A stretch of 49,760 bases of DNA from Nemertoderma westbladi (Eukaryota; Animalia; Xenacoelomorpha), in NCBI GenBank assembly GCA_032718475.1, contig JAUCBJ010002072.1, forward strand, positions 1 to 49,760. The letters are read 5' to 3'. Below, piece by piece: positions 34,801-46,833 of the stretch. The notes beneath the pieces are model-generated. The model ran no database searches. It had not been told where the DNA came from and was given only the letters and a program-made list of their open reading frames with translations. Positions within the stretch are counted from its first letter, which is position 1, and each line of letters begins with the position of its first letter. The translations under genes and the position numbers were made by a program.

Positions 34801-35797
34801 AGGACACCAAGAAATGAGTGAACTACCACTAGCTAGATTACAGGCGTTTAGACCCCCTTTCACTGAGACGGGGATAGACTGTTTTGGACCCATAATCGCG
34901 AAACGCGGAAGGGTACAGGTAAAACGTTGGGGATTGATCTTCACTTGCATGGCCAGCAGAGCTGTCCATATAGAGTGTGTGACAGATTTGACCACCAATG
35001 CCTTTATCCTAGCCTTACGGCGATTTATCGCTAGACGTGGATTGGTCAAATCCATTTATTGTGACCAAGGGACAAACTTTGTGGGTGCACGGAATGAAAT
35101 AACCAGAGCTTTAAGGAAGTTGGACCAAAACCAGTTTTCCGAGGAACTATGTCCCCACCGTATTGTTTGGAATTTTAATACTCCGGACAGTCCGTGGAGA
35201 GGCGGCGTTTGGGAAAGGCTGATTGGCTCAATTAAGACAGCTATGGCTAAAGTAATACCGACGCAACACATCTTGACAGACGACCAACTGACGACGTTAC
35301 TAATAGAAATCGAAGCGATTTTAAACACTCGTCCGATCGCTTTGATCCCAGACAATAACGACGCACAGTTTGCCTTGACACCAGCGCACCTGCTTATGCA
35401 GGCGCCGACGACATTGTTGCCCATTTCGGTACCTGTTAATAGCGATGGATACGGCAACAAAGCTTGGAAAATCACTCAATTGCTTGCAAATAAATTCTGG
35501 GAAATATGGCAGAAATATTATTTGCCCTCTATTTCGACCAGAACCTCTTGGTATCTTAATACCCGATGTTTGAGACGAGGTGACCATGTTTTATTGGCTG
35601 AAGCCAATCTGAAAAGACGGTTTTGGCTGACTGGAGTCATTTTGACCACGCACCCTACATCTGGTGTAGTAAGGACAGTTACTGTAAGGACTATCGACGG
35701 ACGTACCGTAGATAGGCCTGTACAACGTCTCATACTCCTTGAGGAGACTAGAAACGAGACAGGAGACTACAAATCTCCACCCAATATTAGTAAATAG
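31899..35797 (+). pseudogene. pol: Element B pol: RT, RNase H and integrase with frameshifts and stops
   Basis: YYLPHH, RVVNDCA, LRFLW, FYVDDG; YDPL, HSFSDAS, TVPRVELQA, NPADIASRG; GIDCFGP, RAVHIE, CDQGTNF, GGVWERLI, FWEIWQKYYL. Confidence 0.93.
33500..33935 (+). repeat. Degenerate 12-bp coding tandem repeat, (S/P)PDx, between RNase H and integrase of B
   Basis: Recurring CCAGAY/CCGGAY every 12 nt; SPDCSPDYSPDYS...PPDFGPDF. Confidence 0.9.
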
Positions 35798-36535
35798 AGA
35801 TGTGGGACCTTTGTTGGCCGCCACATAGACTTACCGTATTTTAGTAATTTAGTATTTTGTATTACTGTATGTGCATTTGTAATCCTCTTCACTGTAGATA
35901 GAGACAGCGGTGGAATTCCATTGTCTTTATATGTGAACATGGAGGGTAGTACCCTTTTGTATCACATAGGAGCGGGATTGTGTGTACAGTAGGAATGGAA
36001 TTCCACTTGGAACCCACAAGTGAGACAATTTTTCAAAAATTATTAGACAAATCCATTTAGTTGGATTTAAATTTAAGAAAAATGATTCTCCAGTGAATGC
36101 GAATTCTAGAATACAGCTAGATAAAAATTAAAATTGGGGAGGACAAGAGCGGATGGAAGGCTTGCGAGCCTACCGATAAATTTTTTATTTTGGAAAAGGA
36201 AAATCGGCCTTGTTCTACGTAGTCGTGTCTACTATTATTTAGACCGAATTAATTCTCGACTGCATTATTTCTTTGGGAATGTAGTTTGGGAAATTAAAAG
36301 GTGAGTATTTTAGACTCGCGGCTAGTTTACCCAGAATTCGTTTTTTATCGGCACATTTTTTTGGATTAGGAGCCAGTGCGAAATCACGCGAACCCGAAGT
36401 CATTAGGCAAATGGGTTGGGGTTTTAGAGCAAAGTTGAGCCAAAAGCCGACGACTCTAAGTCACCTCACATCTAACCTCTATTTTGTGCTTCATCTAGTA
36501 GAAACGTAACGATATGTAACCATATATACGCGTAT

Positions 36536-39500
36536 ATGATGGCGGAGAAGATTTATAAGGAGTTACGTCAGGGGTTTACGCAGGAACAAGAGCACCAGGC
36601 GCCGTTTAATCGTTATGGAGCTAAAAACTTTAGTGTATTTGGAGTGGAGAGTATGGCTAGGAGTACAGCCAAGCTCGCTAAATCCAAGGCGGACCCGAAT
36701 GTGACTAAACAGCAATTGGACGCTTATAACAAAAGAACGGAGGAATTACGCGCGGAGTTCACTGCGTTATATCCTTACGATTCGTTATGCGATGCTAGTG
36801 ACATTTGCGAGGATCCAGACACAGAGATATGCCGATTATATCATATGCTGCAATATTTGACGGTAAACGAACCCTTACCTGCAGCCAGAGACGAATTCGA
36901 AGGAATGCATCTTTATAGACGCGCTCGAGGAGCGGATCCAGAGACAAAGGACACGTTCTCCATTTATAAACTGTTTTAGAAATGTGGAGGATGTATGCAT
37001 GAGCAAGACAACGCGATTCCTATGCGCTTGAACTCGGAGAACCCCGAGCCAATATTAGCACGATGTTCATACCACCAAAGTCTGCATTACCAAGAAGTCG
37101 GATACCCTTTGACGAATCTGTACCATTCGTTTAAGATAAGTGGACCGAATGCGGGCGAAATTGTTATTTACGAACCCAAATTAGTCGAACCAGACGTCTA
37201 TAGTATGGTAGTGGATGAGTCTAATAAGTCACACAAGAGAAACGGGGAGCTTTGAGCCTGTATAGGGCATACAAAGCGTACGAGAAAGGCGAGATCGAGG
37301 AGTTCAGCGGAAGGCTCGCGAGCCTACCATTTTACTGGATATCCTACCATCAAACTGAACCTAAGGAGATGACACCCGAACTCCCTAGATCCCGGAGATC
37401 ATTTCGAACCTGGATTTCCTCCCATCAGTTACCTTTGGTGATGTGTTAGAGGCGGCGCAGTTGCGTAGAACAATAGTTCAGAAAATCGTACGCAACATGC
37501 CTCCACATATTACTGACTTTAAGGAAGTGGATCATGCGGGGACGGATATCGCACCTTGTATCTTGCGAGGATATTTTGCGAAAACGATTCGATTATGGAT
37601 CGAAGTCGGCACGTTTGAAACCGACACCGATATTGCGACCAATTGGACAGGAAAACCTATTAGTTTCGACGACGAAAAGTCCATAGGGAGAATTTGGAAC
37701 CCTACCGACGATTTACTCGAAGATTGGGATGCAATGAGCCGATCTCTTCAGGAGAATGGTTATATTTTTATGATAATGAAGAAGGAAGCCATCAGCGGAG
37801 CCTCACTTCAAAGACCATACAAATTCGAGCACCCGATGGAGTGTTACATGTCTTCAGCCGACAGAGGAGCGACAGAAAGATGCCTATGCCGGAAGGAACG
37901 ACGCAAAGACATGCGATGATAAAATGGATAGTTAAATCCATGGACCTGGCTTGTAGCATAGAAGCTAGGATGTTGCCAAAGGCCGTGCGAGATGTTGTAT
38001 TTGATAAAAGTATCATCAAGATCGGATCCTGATGTATTCCGCCTCTTTCTCCAACCCTTTTATAACACCGATGCGCACTGCGAAGTTTTCACGCGAGCGG
38101 GACTTAGCATTTTTAGGGACGTTTATCTCACTCATGCGGGAAGCCTAGTCGACAGACCGTCAATGTTGACGTTAGTACCCTACGACGGGGAACGCCACGC
38201 AGAATTCAAAGGCTCGGAAGGCTCACGAGCCTACCGCCCATCATGACGATGTGGATCCGACCGAGTCCGCGATAATAGACGAACCGTTGCGGCAACTCAT
38301 AGAAATAGAAGAGAACCTTCCGAGGAAGACACGAACTGAGATACGCAAGTTAGAGAAAAGCGATGCCATGGTTTGTGTACAACCTACGGAGACGAACATA
38401 CCGACTGACCCGGATGATGAGAATTATCACGCGGACTGTAGCGCTTGCCCCATCGGAGATCTCATCTATGAGCGAGTTTGGTATCCTGCCAACACCATTT
38501 GTGGCAGATGCGGGGCAACTGGCCACCACGCAAAGAAATGCGGAGCGAAACACATATCTCTACCGGACTTAGTGTGCAACTGGTGTGGGGATCAACGTTC
38601 ACACACCTTCTACACTTGTTGGCGTTTCGTAGCACAGTGCACGTATTGTAATATTAAATGTCATAGAGCATCAGAGTGCCAACTTAGGGACGATCCCTAT
38701 GAGCATATTTCAGTTAAAATCGTTAGCCAGCTATTCTACCATTGGGAGAATCTAGCAGACGAGCATGTGTCGACACAGCGACGCCGTTTCCCCATGAGAG
38801 CGCATTTGGGATTTTGGGCCGTAAACCCTCTCATCATGTCGAAAGAAGGATACGTGTCAGCTATGCCTCAGTACGATGAACTCTTAGAGGTGCTGGATAT
38901 ATTGCCGTTGGATAGCGGATTTAAAGTTGTTAGGGACTACTTTCTACAGGTACACCCCGACAATAAGAACACATGGAACTTTCAGACTGTAGTGAATAAG
39001 ATTACCACCGGAGAATTCGACAAATTGCGAGTCGAACAGCGGAATTGAGGAGCCTGGCATTCGATAGCTTGGGCATACCGGAGCGCATTTTATCACAAAC
39101 GCATAACCTCTTGTATCTTAGATGAGGCGGACGTTTTGCGTGATACTGGCTTCAGGGCCACACCGTTGGCCGAAAGGACACGTCACGCACAGGAAGATCC
39201 ACAACTTCATATACTTAGAGCGCAGAAGGCCGGACAGGAAATAAAGAAGGTAGTAAATGTCGCCGAGAGGACGACATCGAAGTCGCAATACGGATGACTC
39301 GGGGGATGGTTTCCCTTCCTAGAGAACCACGCGGAGGGACAGGATATGCTTTACCAGAACCTATGAGAATTCAGACGACATCGGAGAGCGAGGTGTCAGC
39401 GGACGGAACGGTCCCACCCATTAGACTCCATCCTAGCGTTGTAGAGACTCGGTCCGATACTATAAAGCAAATGATTGGAATCGGACGAGGATTTAGAGGA

Positions 39501-39668
39501 TTGAGCGCACGACGGATGTGTGAGACTCCCGTTGTCCCCTTTCCTAGCGTTTTAGAACCACCGACAGCTCGACGCCGAAGTCCGAGTCCAGTTCGATCCG
39601 ACCACCACCCAATCGTCTTAGAGGGCGTGGACGAGCCCATTCGACAAAGGATTAGGAGAGTGAGGTAA
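36536..39668 (+). pseudogene. Element B extra 3' gene (about 1000 codons, broken), with three CCHC knuckles
   Basis: Sense ORFs tile the region without large gaps; single in-frame stops at 36977 and 39046 are followed by open frame; CGRCGATGHHAKKC, CNWCGDQRSHTFYTC, CTYCNIKCHRASEC. Confidence 0.65.
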
Positions 39669-39695
39669 CGGAAGGAAGGCTTGCGAGCCTACCGA

Positions 39696-39762
39696 TTGGA
39701 TATTTATATTGGATGTTTATATATTTGGATGTTTATATTGGATGTTTATATATTTGGATGTT
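39696..39762. repeat. Short tandem repeat TTGGATGTTTATA(TAT)
   Basis: About five units between the last two hairpin motifs of B. Confidence 0.8.
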
Positions 39763-40268
39763 GGGTTTGGAGGAGCGAGGTAGAGAAGGAAGGCTTGTGA
39801 GCCTACCATTAGCAATCCGTGCTCAGGAGAAGATATCCAGACCAGAAGGACGAACTTTTAAGATCGTCAGGAGGACACTTTAAGACTTATTTGGAAATTA
39901 TTAGCGCATTATGTTTGTTTATATTGGACTGATTTAATTTGGAAAATTTATTATGTGTATTTGTAATATATAAAAGATTATCGAAAGTTTTGAAATTATT
40001 TGTTCTGATTTGTTCAAATTTGTTTAACTTGTTCATTAGATAACCGAAAGCCCTCTTTTGTATTTTATGCACTAAAGTTAATTGGTAAATTTGTATTTTG
40101 TATGTATGATAGAATGTATTTACGCTGTACCTGCAATAATAAGTATGCAATAATTAGATAGTGATTATTTTGTATTTTAGGCCCCACTATTAGACCTAAG
40201 AGATATTTTGTAAATAGTTTGTATTTCGATTGGTGAAAACAGCCTTACTTACTGTTTTCATGGAGCGG

Positions 40269-42257
40269 TGATGGATTATTTCACTATAAGGTAGCATTTG
40301 TAGCTTAACGTAAAAACTTTCTAAAATCCGACGCATTTTGATTAAATTAAAGTAATGTAATATGCCTATTCATATTTGTACACATAAACCCATAGGTAAC
40401 AATATTTGCGCAGTGGTCAGATGGTTAAGGCGTTGGTTACATTATAGATAGGTTACGAGTTCGAATCCCAGTCGGGAAATTTGCATTTTTGGGCTATTTA
40501 TTTTCGCTTTGATTTAATTAGATAAGCCAATGAGGTGCGTACAACATGTGGAACGATGAGTTGGGCCAATCATAGGGCATAGAACATCTTATTGCTCCAA
40601 TGTGAGGCCATGGAATGCTCTGGAAGGTTCTAGCGGATTCTATGTCCCAGATTTGCTATATAAGGGCTGGTTTGCCTTCGGTTATCATTCATTATCACCT
40701 TCTAACACACTCACTCTTGTAATATTCGTTACATTACATTTAGTATCCCTATACATCATTAGTTGAGATTTGTGTAGATTTGGTTGATAAATCTTTTGTA
40801 AATTACGTAAATTATTATACTGTGAACTTTGAACATGTATATTTATCTTTGTCCACCACTGGGACAGCCAAGCATTTGCAAGATGGCAGCCTAGACCGTT
40901 AGGCCGTCAGCAACGCAGGGAAGATGTCCACAACACGCTAGCGCCCACATTAGATTAGCCCGCGCACCCCCTTCGCCCCTTCGAAATATTCAACCTTGCT
41001 ATGCAGCGCCCGATTCAGAGGAAGGTAAGACTTTGTTTGACGCCCTTGCCCGCCATAAGACCTATAGATCAGGGTAAGCTTGATGCCGTCCTGGGACGCC
41101 GCAAAATTTAGGATCAAATAGCTCAGATTCAGCCAGGAACCTGTACTACAAGTCCCCGGATTAACCTGTATTCCCTACAGGTGTGAACTATTGCTGTTTG
41201 TCAGTACGCAAGTACACATTAGGTACAGACAGCATACGTTCCATAATTTAGTGACTTGCGATACTGACAGTTAGGTACCGGTTTCACTTTGTAGTTTATA
41301 CATTAGTACCCCCCCCCCCCCCCCCCCCTGCCTGAACCCACGTTATTTGATCAGGCAAGGAGTACTTCTGCTACCGGCACTCGAACCAGAATCTGGTATT
41401 TGTGCCGATCACGGGTGTAGTTATTAACACCGTAATTGCCCGGTTGAGTTGTGGATAGGAAGGAGAGAGCTTTGATGTCATTTGTAAGTATTAAGCCCTA
41501 CAGAGCGCGGCTAGCTTATTTTCGTAGCTAGCGCACGGTATTGTTTCGGTCAGAAAATCACTAAAACCTAGTACAATGGAGTACACCAAAATTGTTTTAT
41601 ACGTAACACACCCACACACACACACGCCCTAAAACATATGCGCCTTTAGAGCTCCACTAGTTATTACATATCTTAGGTTACTCTCAGGCAGAATCTATTT
41701 TGTAGTTTACTATTCGTAGTTTGTAAATTTAGGATCTGATATTTAGTTACGGCAAGAAGGAGTATTTACTTATTAAAGTGGTGTTTTGTCTGAGCAGCAG
41801 TATTGTTACTTTAGGTACGACCCCCTTTAGACTGATTTAGTACTGGTCAGTATTGTTACGCTAGTCTGTTAATCCACTAGCTCGTATATAAACCATATAA
41901 ATCACACCGAGGCAAGTTTACGGTATTTAGGTCCGTTAGCGATAGTTAGGATTCGTTGCGCGGGGATTGTTTCCTCGTGAGTTTGGTCTGTCACCGTAGA
42001 CTGTACATTTGCCTCACCGGTTAGTGGACAGGCATCCTGTTTTGTCTAGTTCGTTGGGCATTTGACTCGCTCAAGTATTTAGAATAGACACCAGGCGCTG
42101 TTCCTCGCCAGTAGTTGTTCGCGTATTTGTATCTGTTTATTTACCCTGGACTGGGATTTATTGTCAGATACTGTACGAGCCCGTATACACTACTAGATCT
42201 TACGGTAAGATACATTGTTACCAGGATCCGGTAAGCAGTATACTACTGGACTTTACA
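40269..42257 (+). repeat. 3' LTR of element B (1989 bp)
   Basis: TGATGG...CTTTACA followed by TSD AGGGC. Confidence 0.92.
40408..40490 (+). ncRNA. tRNA-derived Pol III module in the 3' LTR of B
   Basis: Same A box, B box GAGTTCGAATCC and T5 as 4063-4146; core nearly identical while flanks differ. Confidence 0.7.
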
Positions 42258-42371
42258 AGGGCCGAAAAGAAGAGAGAGAGGCATAGGAACGTAAAGTGCG
42301 AGAGCCAAGTGTAGAGAACGAGCGTACAGAGCGGGTGGCGAGAGAGACAGAGTTAGCGAACCAGAGTTTGC

Positions 42372-42490
<119 letters not shown>

Positions 42491-43019
42491 TGGGAAAGCG
42501 CATGCGGGATGATATGCATGCCCGGTTAAGGGGGTTTATGCAATATCAGGCTAAGCAAAAGCGCCGATTAGAACTGGCGCAGTTGGGATTATCGGAGAGT
42601 GAGGCTGGCTCGGGTAGTATTTACGAGGAGCCCGAAGTAATGGAGACATTTGTTAATACCCCACTTACAGGCACCGGACGACAGAACCAGGACTGGTGTA
42701 ACTGTACGGGCGGGGGGGGGGGGGGTAATAATAATATGTTTGAAGGCATTAATATTAATAGTACCGTAGTGGATGACCCTAATCAAAATTTCATTGCAGG
42801 AAATAATCTTTTACCCGGTAGTAATAATTTTGATTCAAATAATCCAAATAATAATTTAAATTCAAATATACAAAATAATCCAAATAATTCTAATTTAAAC
42901 GAACAAAATAATTCAAATAATAATAATTCTAATTTAAATAATTTAAATAATTTGGATAATAATATTATTGATAACGGTGCTATTAATACGAACGCAAGGG
43001 ACACAGGTGGTCCGGCCAG

Positions 43020-43592
43020 CGAGAGCCTTCTAGGCCACGTAGTTACGCAGGTAGTAGCGGGGGTGAGTCACACCAACGGGAGCCTGCAAGGCCACGTAGT
43101 TAGGCAGGGAGTAGCGGGGGTGAGTCAACCCGACAGGAGCCTGCAAGGCCACGCAGTTGCACAGGGAGAGATGGGGGTGAGTAGACCCAGCCGCAGTAGA
43201 GACAATGCGTCGACTAGAGAGGGGCATAGAAGCGAAGTAGGAGGTAGTGAAGTAAGAAGTGGCGAGTGGGGGGGGGGGGGCTATGGGCGCCCCACCACGG
43301 GAGATTAGTGGCGAGAGGGGGGGGGGGCAGATAATGCCCCACAAGAGTGGCGTAGAAGCGAAATAAGAGGTAGTGAAGTAATAAGTGGCGAGTAGGGGGG
43401 GGGGGGGGGGGGCTACGGGCGCCCCACCACGGGAGATTAGTGGCGAGAGGGGGGGGGGCAGAGAATGTCCCGCAAGAGGGGCGTAGAAGCGAAGTAGGAG
43501 GTAGTGAAGTAAGAAGTGGCGAGTGGGGGGCTACGGCGCCCCACCACGGGAGATTAGTGGCGAGAGGGGGGGGGGGTAGAAAATGTCCCACG
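43020..43592 (+). repeat. Tandem repeats in A gag: 3 x 60 bp, then 3 x ~125 bp with poly-G runs
   Basis: SL(L/Q)GH(V/A)V.Q...GVS units; AGAAGCGAAGTAGGAGGTAGTGAAGTAAGAAGTGGCGAG...CCCCACCACGGGAGATTAGTGGCGAG units. Confidence 0.9.
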
Positions 43593-46500
43593 AGCGTTGG
43601 CGGATAATGCGCGGGGCGAGTTAGGTGAACCTCGGCACCCGACGATGGAGAATAGTAGGGGGATTGCGAGTATCCCCAAGAGCGTCCAACCGGGCAGAGA
43701 GAGAGATGTTGACGACGGGAGTGGGTGAGCGAGAAGCCGTCAGTCGGAAGAGGGAAGAAGAACAGTGGAGTTTAACCTGAATGAAAAGAATTTCATCGCC
43801 CCAGAGGGACGCAGCCTGGTGAGATATACCACACACCAGGAGAAGGGTACAGAACGTACCGATACGAGGATGAGAACAGGAGAGGGGATCGAAGAGAAAC
43901 TTCCCGACGGGATATAGCTGCCGATCGAGAATACTTCTTGGAATATTCGAGAAGAATAAACTTCGGTCCGGAAGGACACAGGCAGACTGCAGGACATACT
44001 ATAGGCCTTACTACACATACTATTGGCCATGCTGGAAGATATAGTGTAGGCGACAGGGTAGCGCGAACAACGGGATTAGATCCGGAAGTCGCGGCATACA
44101 TACCGGTAGGTAGGCAAGAAGTGGATAGGCCTATACCGGTACCTGCACACCAGTATGACTATAATATGCAGGGACATAACATATACCCAGGGGAAGGGGG
44201 TGTTATTGCCGATAGATGTGTGGGCCCCAATATATTAACATCAACCCCAGTACCAAACATAACACCGGTGGGGGGGGGCAGGGTGACATTCCCCCATTAC
44301 AATATCAACAATACACTCAACCGAGAATAAGAACACCGAACCCCCTGGACCAGAACAGATCGTGCGACACGGATGGAGGGGGCCGTTACACCCAATGATA
44401 TATCCGACACAGAAGAAATCAACAGGCCAGACAGGCGGACCGCACCCAATAGCAGGAGAGTCTGTACAGCATCCGTCGAACACATTGGAAGCATAGGCGA
44501 TGGGTATGGCAACACTTATTGATGCGCTCAAGACCAGGATCGAGTTACTACCAGTTGAACCATTTAAATTCGACGGAAGCAGACCGGAAAAATACCTGCA
44601 ATTCCGACGCATGTAAAGCAACGAAATATTAACTAAGAATCTGACCCAGGCGGAGTGCCTAAAATATTTACAGGTATACACAGGAGGCCCAGCGTACGAC
44701 ATCGTGAGGCAGTATCAGGGCATCGAGGGTGGCTTCACGACTGCATGGCGGGCCCTAGACAGGGAATATGGACACTTAGCCAAGATCATCCGGCAGACCC
44801 TGAGGGGAATAACATCGGGTGGCCTACAGGATAACTCTGTTAGTATAAAGACCTTTGCGAATAAGGTTGAGAAGGCGTTGATCATGCTGAAGACGCTAGA
44901 CGCGCCATACGAACTCAACGCATCTAATAACATCACAACGATGGCGCAGGCACTGCCGATCTGGCTACGGAACAAATGGAGGAAGATCGCCTTCTCCACC
45001 CAGGAGAAGAAAGGTGCGGAACCGGGCCTAGAGGAAATGTCGAACTTCCTCAACTACGAAGCAGAGTTGATTACAGACCCAGTCTACAGTGAGGATAGTT
45101 TGGGGAAGGCGCAGAAGACCGAATACAACAGGCCTAAACCCGAACATAATCCGGCAGATCCATTCCCGAGAGTGAGACAGTCGCTACCACATGCGGCCAC
45201 GCAGTGGACTGCTAGTCCACAGTTAGTTGGGAGTACACTAAACCGGTAGATAAGAATCTACGCGCGATACGTGAAGGGCTATACAGGGAACGCTACAATC
45301 CAGGATACGAATGTCAATTGCATAGGGATGGAACCCATAAGACCATGAGTTGTAAGCATTGGCAAGCGTTGCCTAAACAAGATCGTGTAGCCTACGCGGA
45401 TACAAACGGACTATGTCATCGATGCGTGGTAGAAGGACACAGATTCGGAGAGTGTAGAGAAGCACCGATAGGAGACGATGAGACTGGAGGCCAAACTATG
45501 GCTACGAGCATGACGGGAGCAAGAAGAAAGAGGAAAGTACTACTCGGGGTAGTACCAGTGAGGATAACAGGAAAGGGCGGCCGATCAGTCACAACATTGA
45601 TGCTGGTCGACAGCAGAGCAGCCTTCACGCTGGTGGAGAATTGGGTGGCCAAGGAGATAGGGTTACAGACGAGGCCGAGTAGGATGGCGGTAACTACTAT
45701 CTCGAGTAAGGATGAGGTCCTGGAGATGAGGACGGGACGGTGCGAGATATCAGCAATAGCACCGGGATGTGATTATGGGGCGACCATCGACCCCATTCAG
45801 ATAATAGAATCGATCAACATAAATGCCAGGCGACCAACTAAGATCGAGGTCGAGCAATACCGGTTCCTGGACGATATCGATTTCTCAATACCGAAAGTGG
45901 ACATCTCGAAGGTATCCATCATAGTCGGAATGGATTGTCCGACGGCCCACGAGAGAGTAAGGACCATATTCGGAAGAGAATAAGCAGCGGGATCTGACGG
46001 CGATTCTCACGCCGTTCGGATGGATGCTTAGCGGCCCAATTAAAACCAAGATTCCATCCAGGGTGTCGGAGACATCAGGGTGCATGCTATCAGGCACCGT
46101 TAAGGATGTAGAGGAGAAACCAGAGACGGGCGATGGGGAGGTCCCATGTGAGAAGCGGCCCGGGAAGGATACCAGGAGTTGGGTATGGATCTGGAACCAC
46201 GCATAGTGGAGCGTGGTGAAAGGATAGAGGATAGTTCCAGAGAAATACCGTCAGTAGATGAATTAGGAGGGGAAGTAACAGCAAGAGAGTGGGCGGGAGG
46301 AGAATGGATTCGACGCGGAAGACTTAGAGACGATGGGATGGAACAAGGATGTTCCCGGCAACTATCGGTATGAGGATGGAGAAGAGTGGACGGCGAGATG
46401 TCCGGAGAAGTGTCCGGAGGAGACGCCGGTCCGGTTGAGAGGCATACCGAATAGGGGGAGGTCAAATAAGAAGACAGGGTGGAAAGGGATAGGATTACTA

Positions 46501-46833
46501 TTATCCATTCTGTTCTATCTATTCTTTCGATTTCTTTTCATTCTACCGCCAGGTGACGACAAGATGAAGGGTGGCATTTTGCTGCCAGGGGACCATGAGG
46601 AAATCAAGAAGGCGACTGGAAGACCCGATTTTAGGGTGGTGGAGGAGGGAGAATCAATTCCTAGAGAGTTGGAATTGGCAAGGAGAGTGTGGCGAAGGAT
46701 AAGAGGACCTACAGGGGTGCAGTGGGAGAGTGCCTGCTGGAAGAATCGGGGCACCTTAGAGTTTAGTCGTCCAATATGTTGGACTGAGGGGGGTGGGAAT
46801 GAGGGCGAGACGCCCTTCCCACACAAAATATAA

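Larger units (their letters stand above)
3835..42257 (+). mobile_element. Element B: large BEL/Pao LTR retrotransposon (about 18.6 kb without nested inserts) with an extra 3' gene
   Basis: LTRs 3835-6091 and 40269-42257; TSD AGGGC at 3830-3834 and 42258-42262; BEL order gag(DUF1759, three Zn fingers)-PR-RT-RH-IN. Confidence 0.93.

Noticed and set aside
36536-39668. env gene
   Set aside because: No signal peptide, fusion peptide or transmembrane anchor visible
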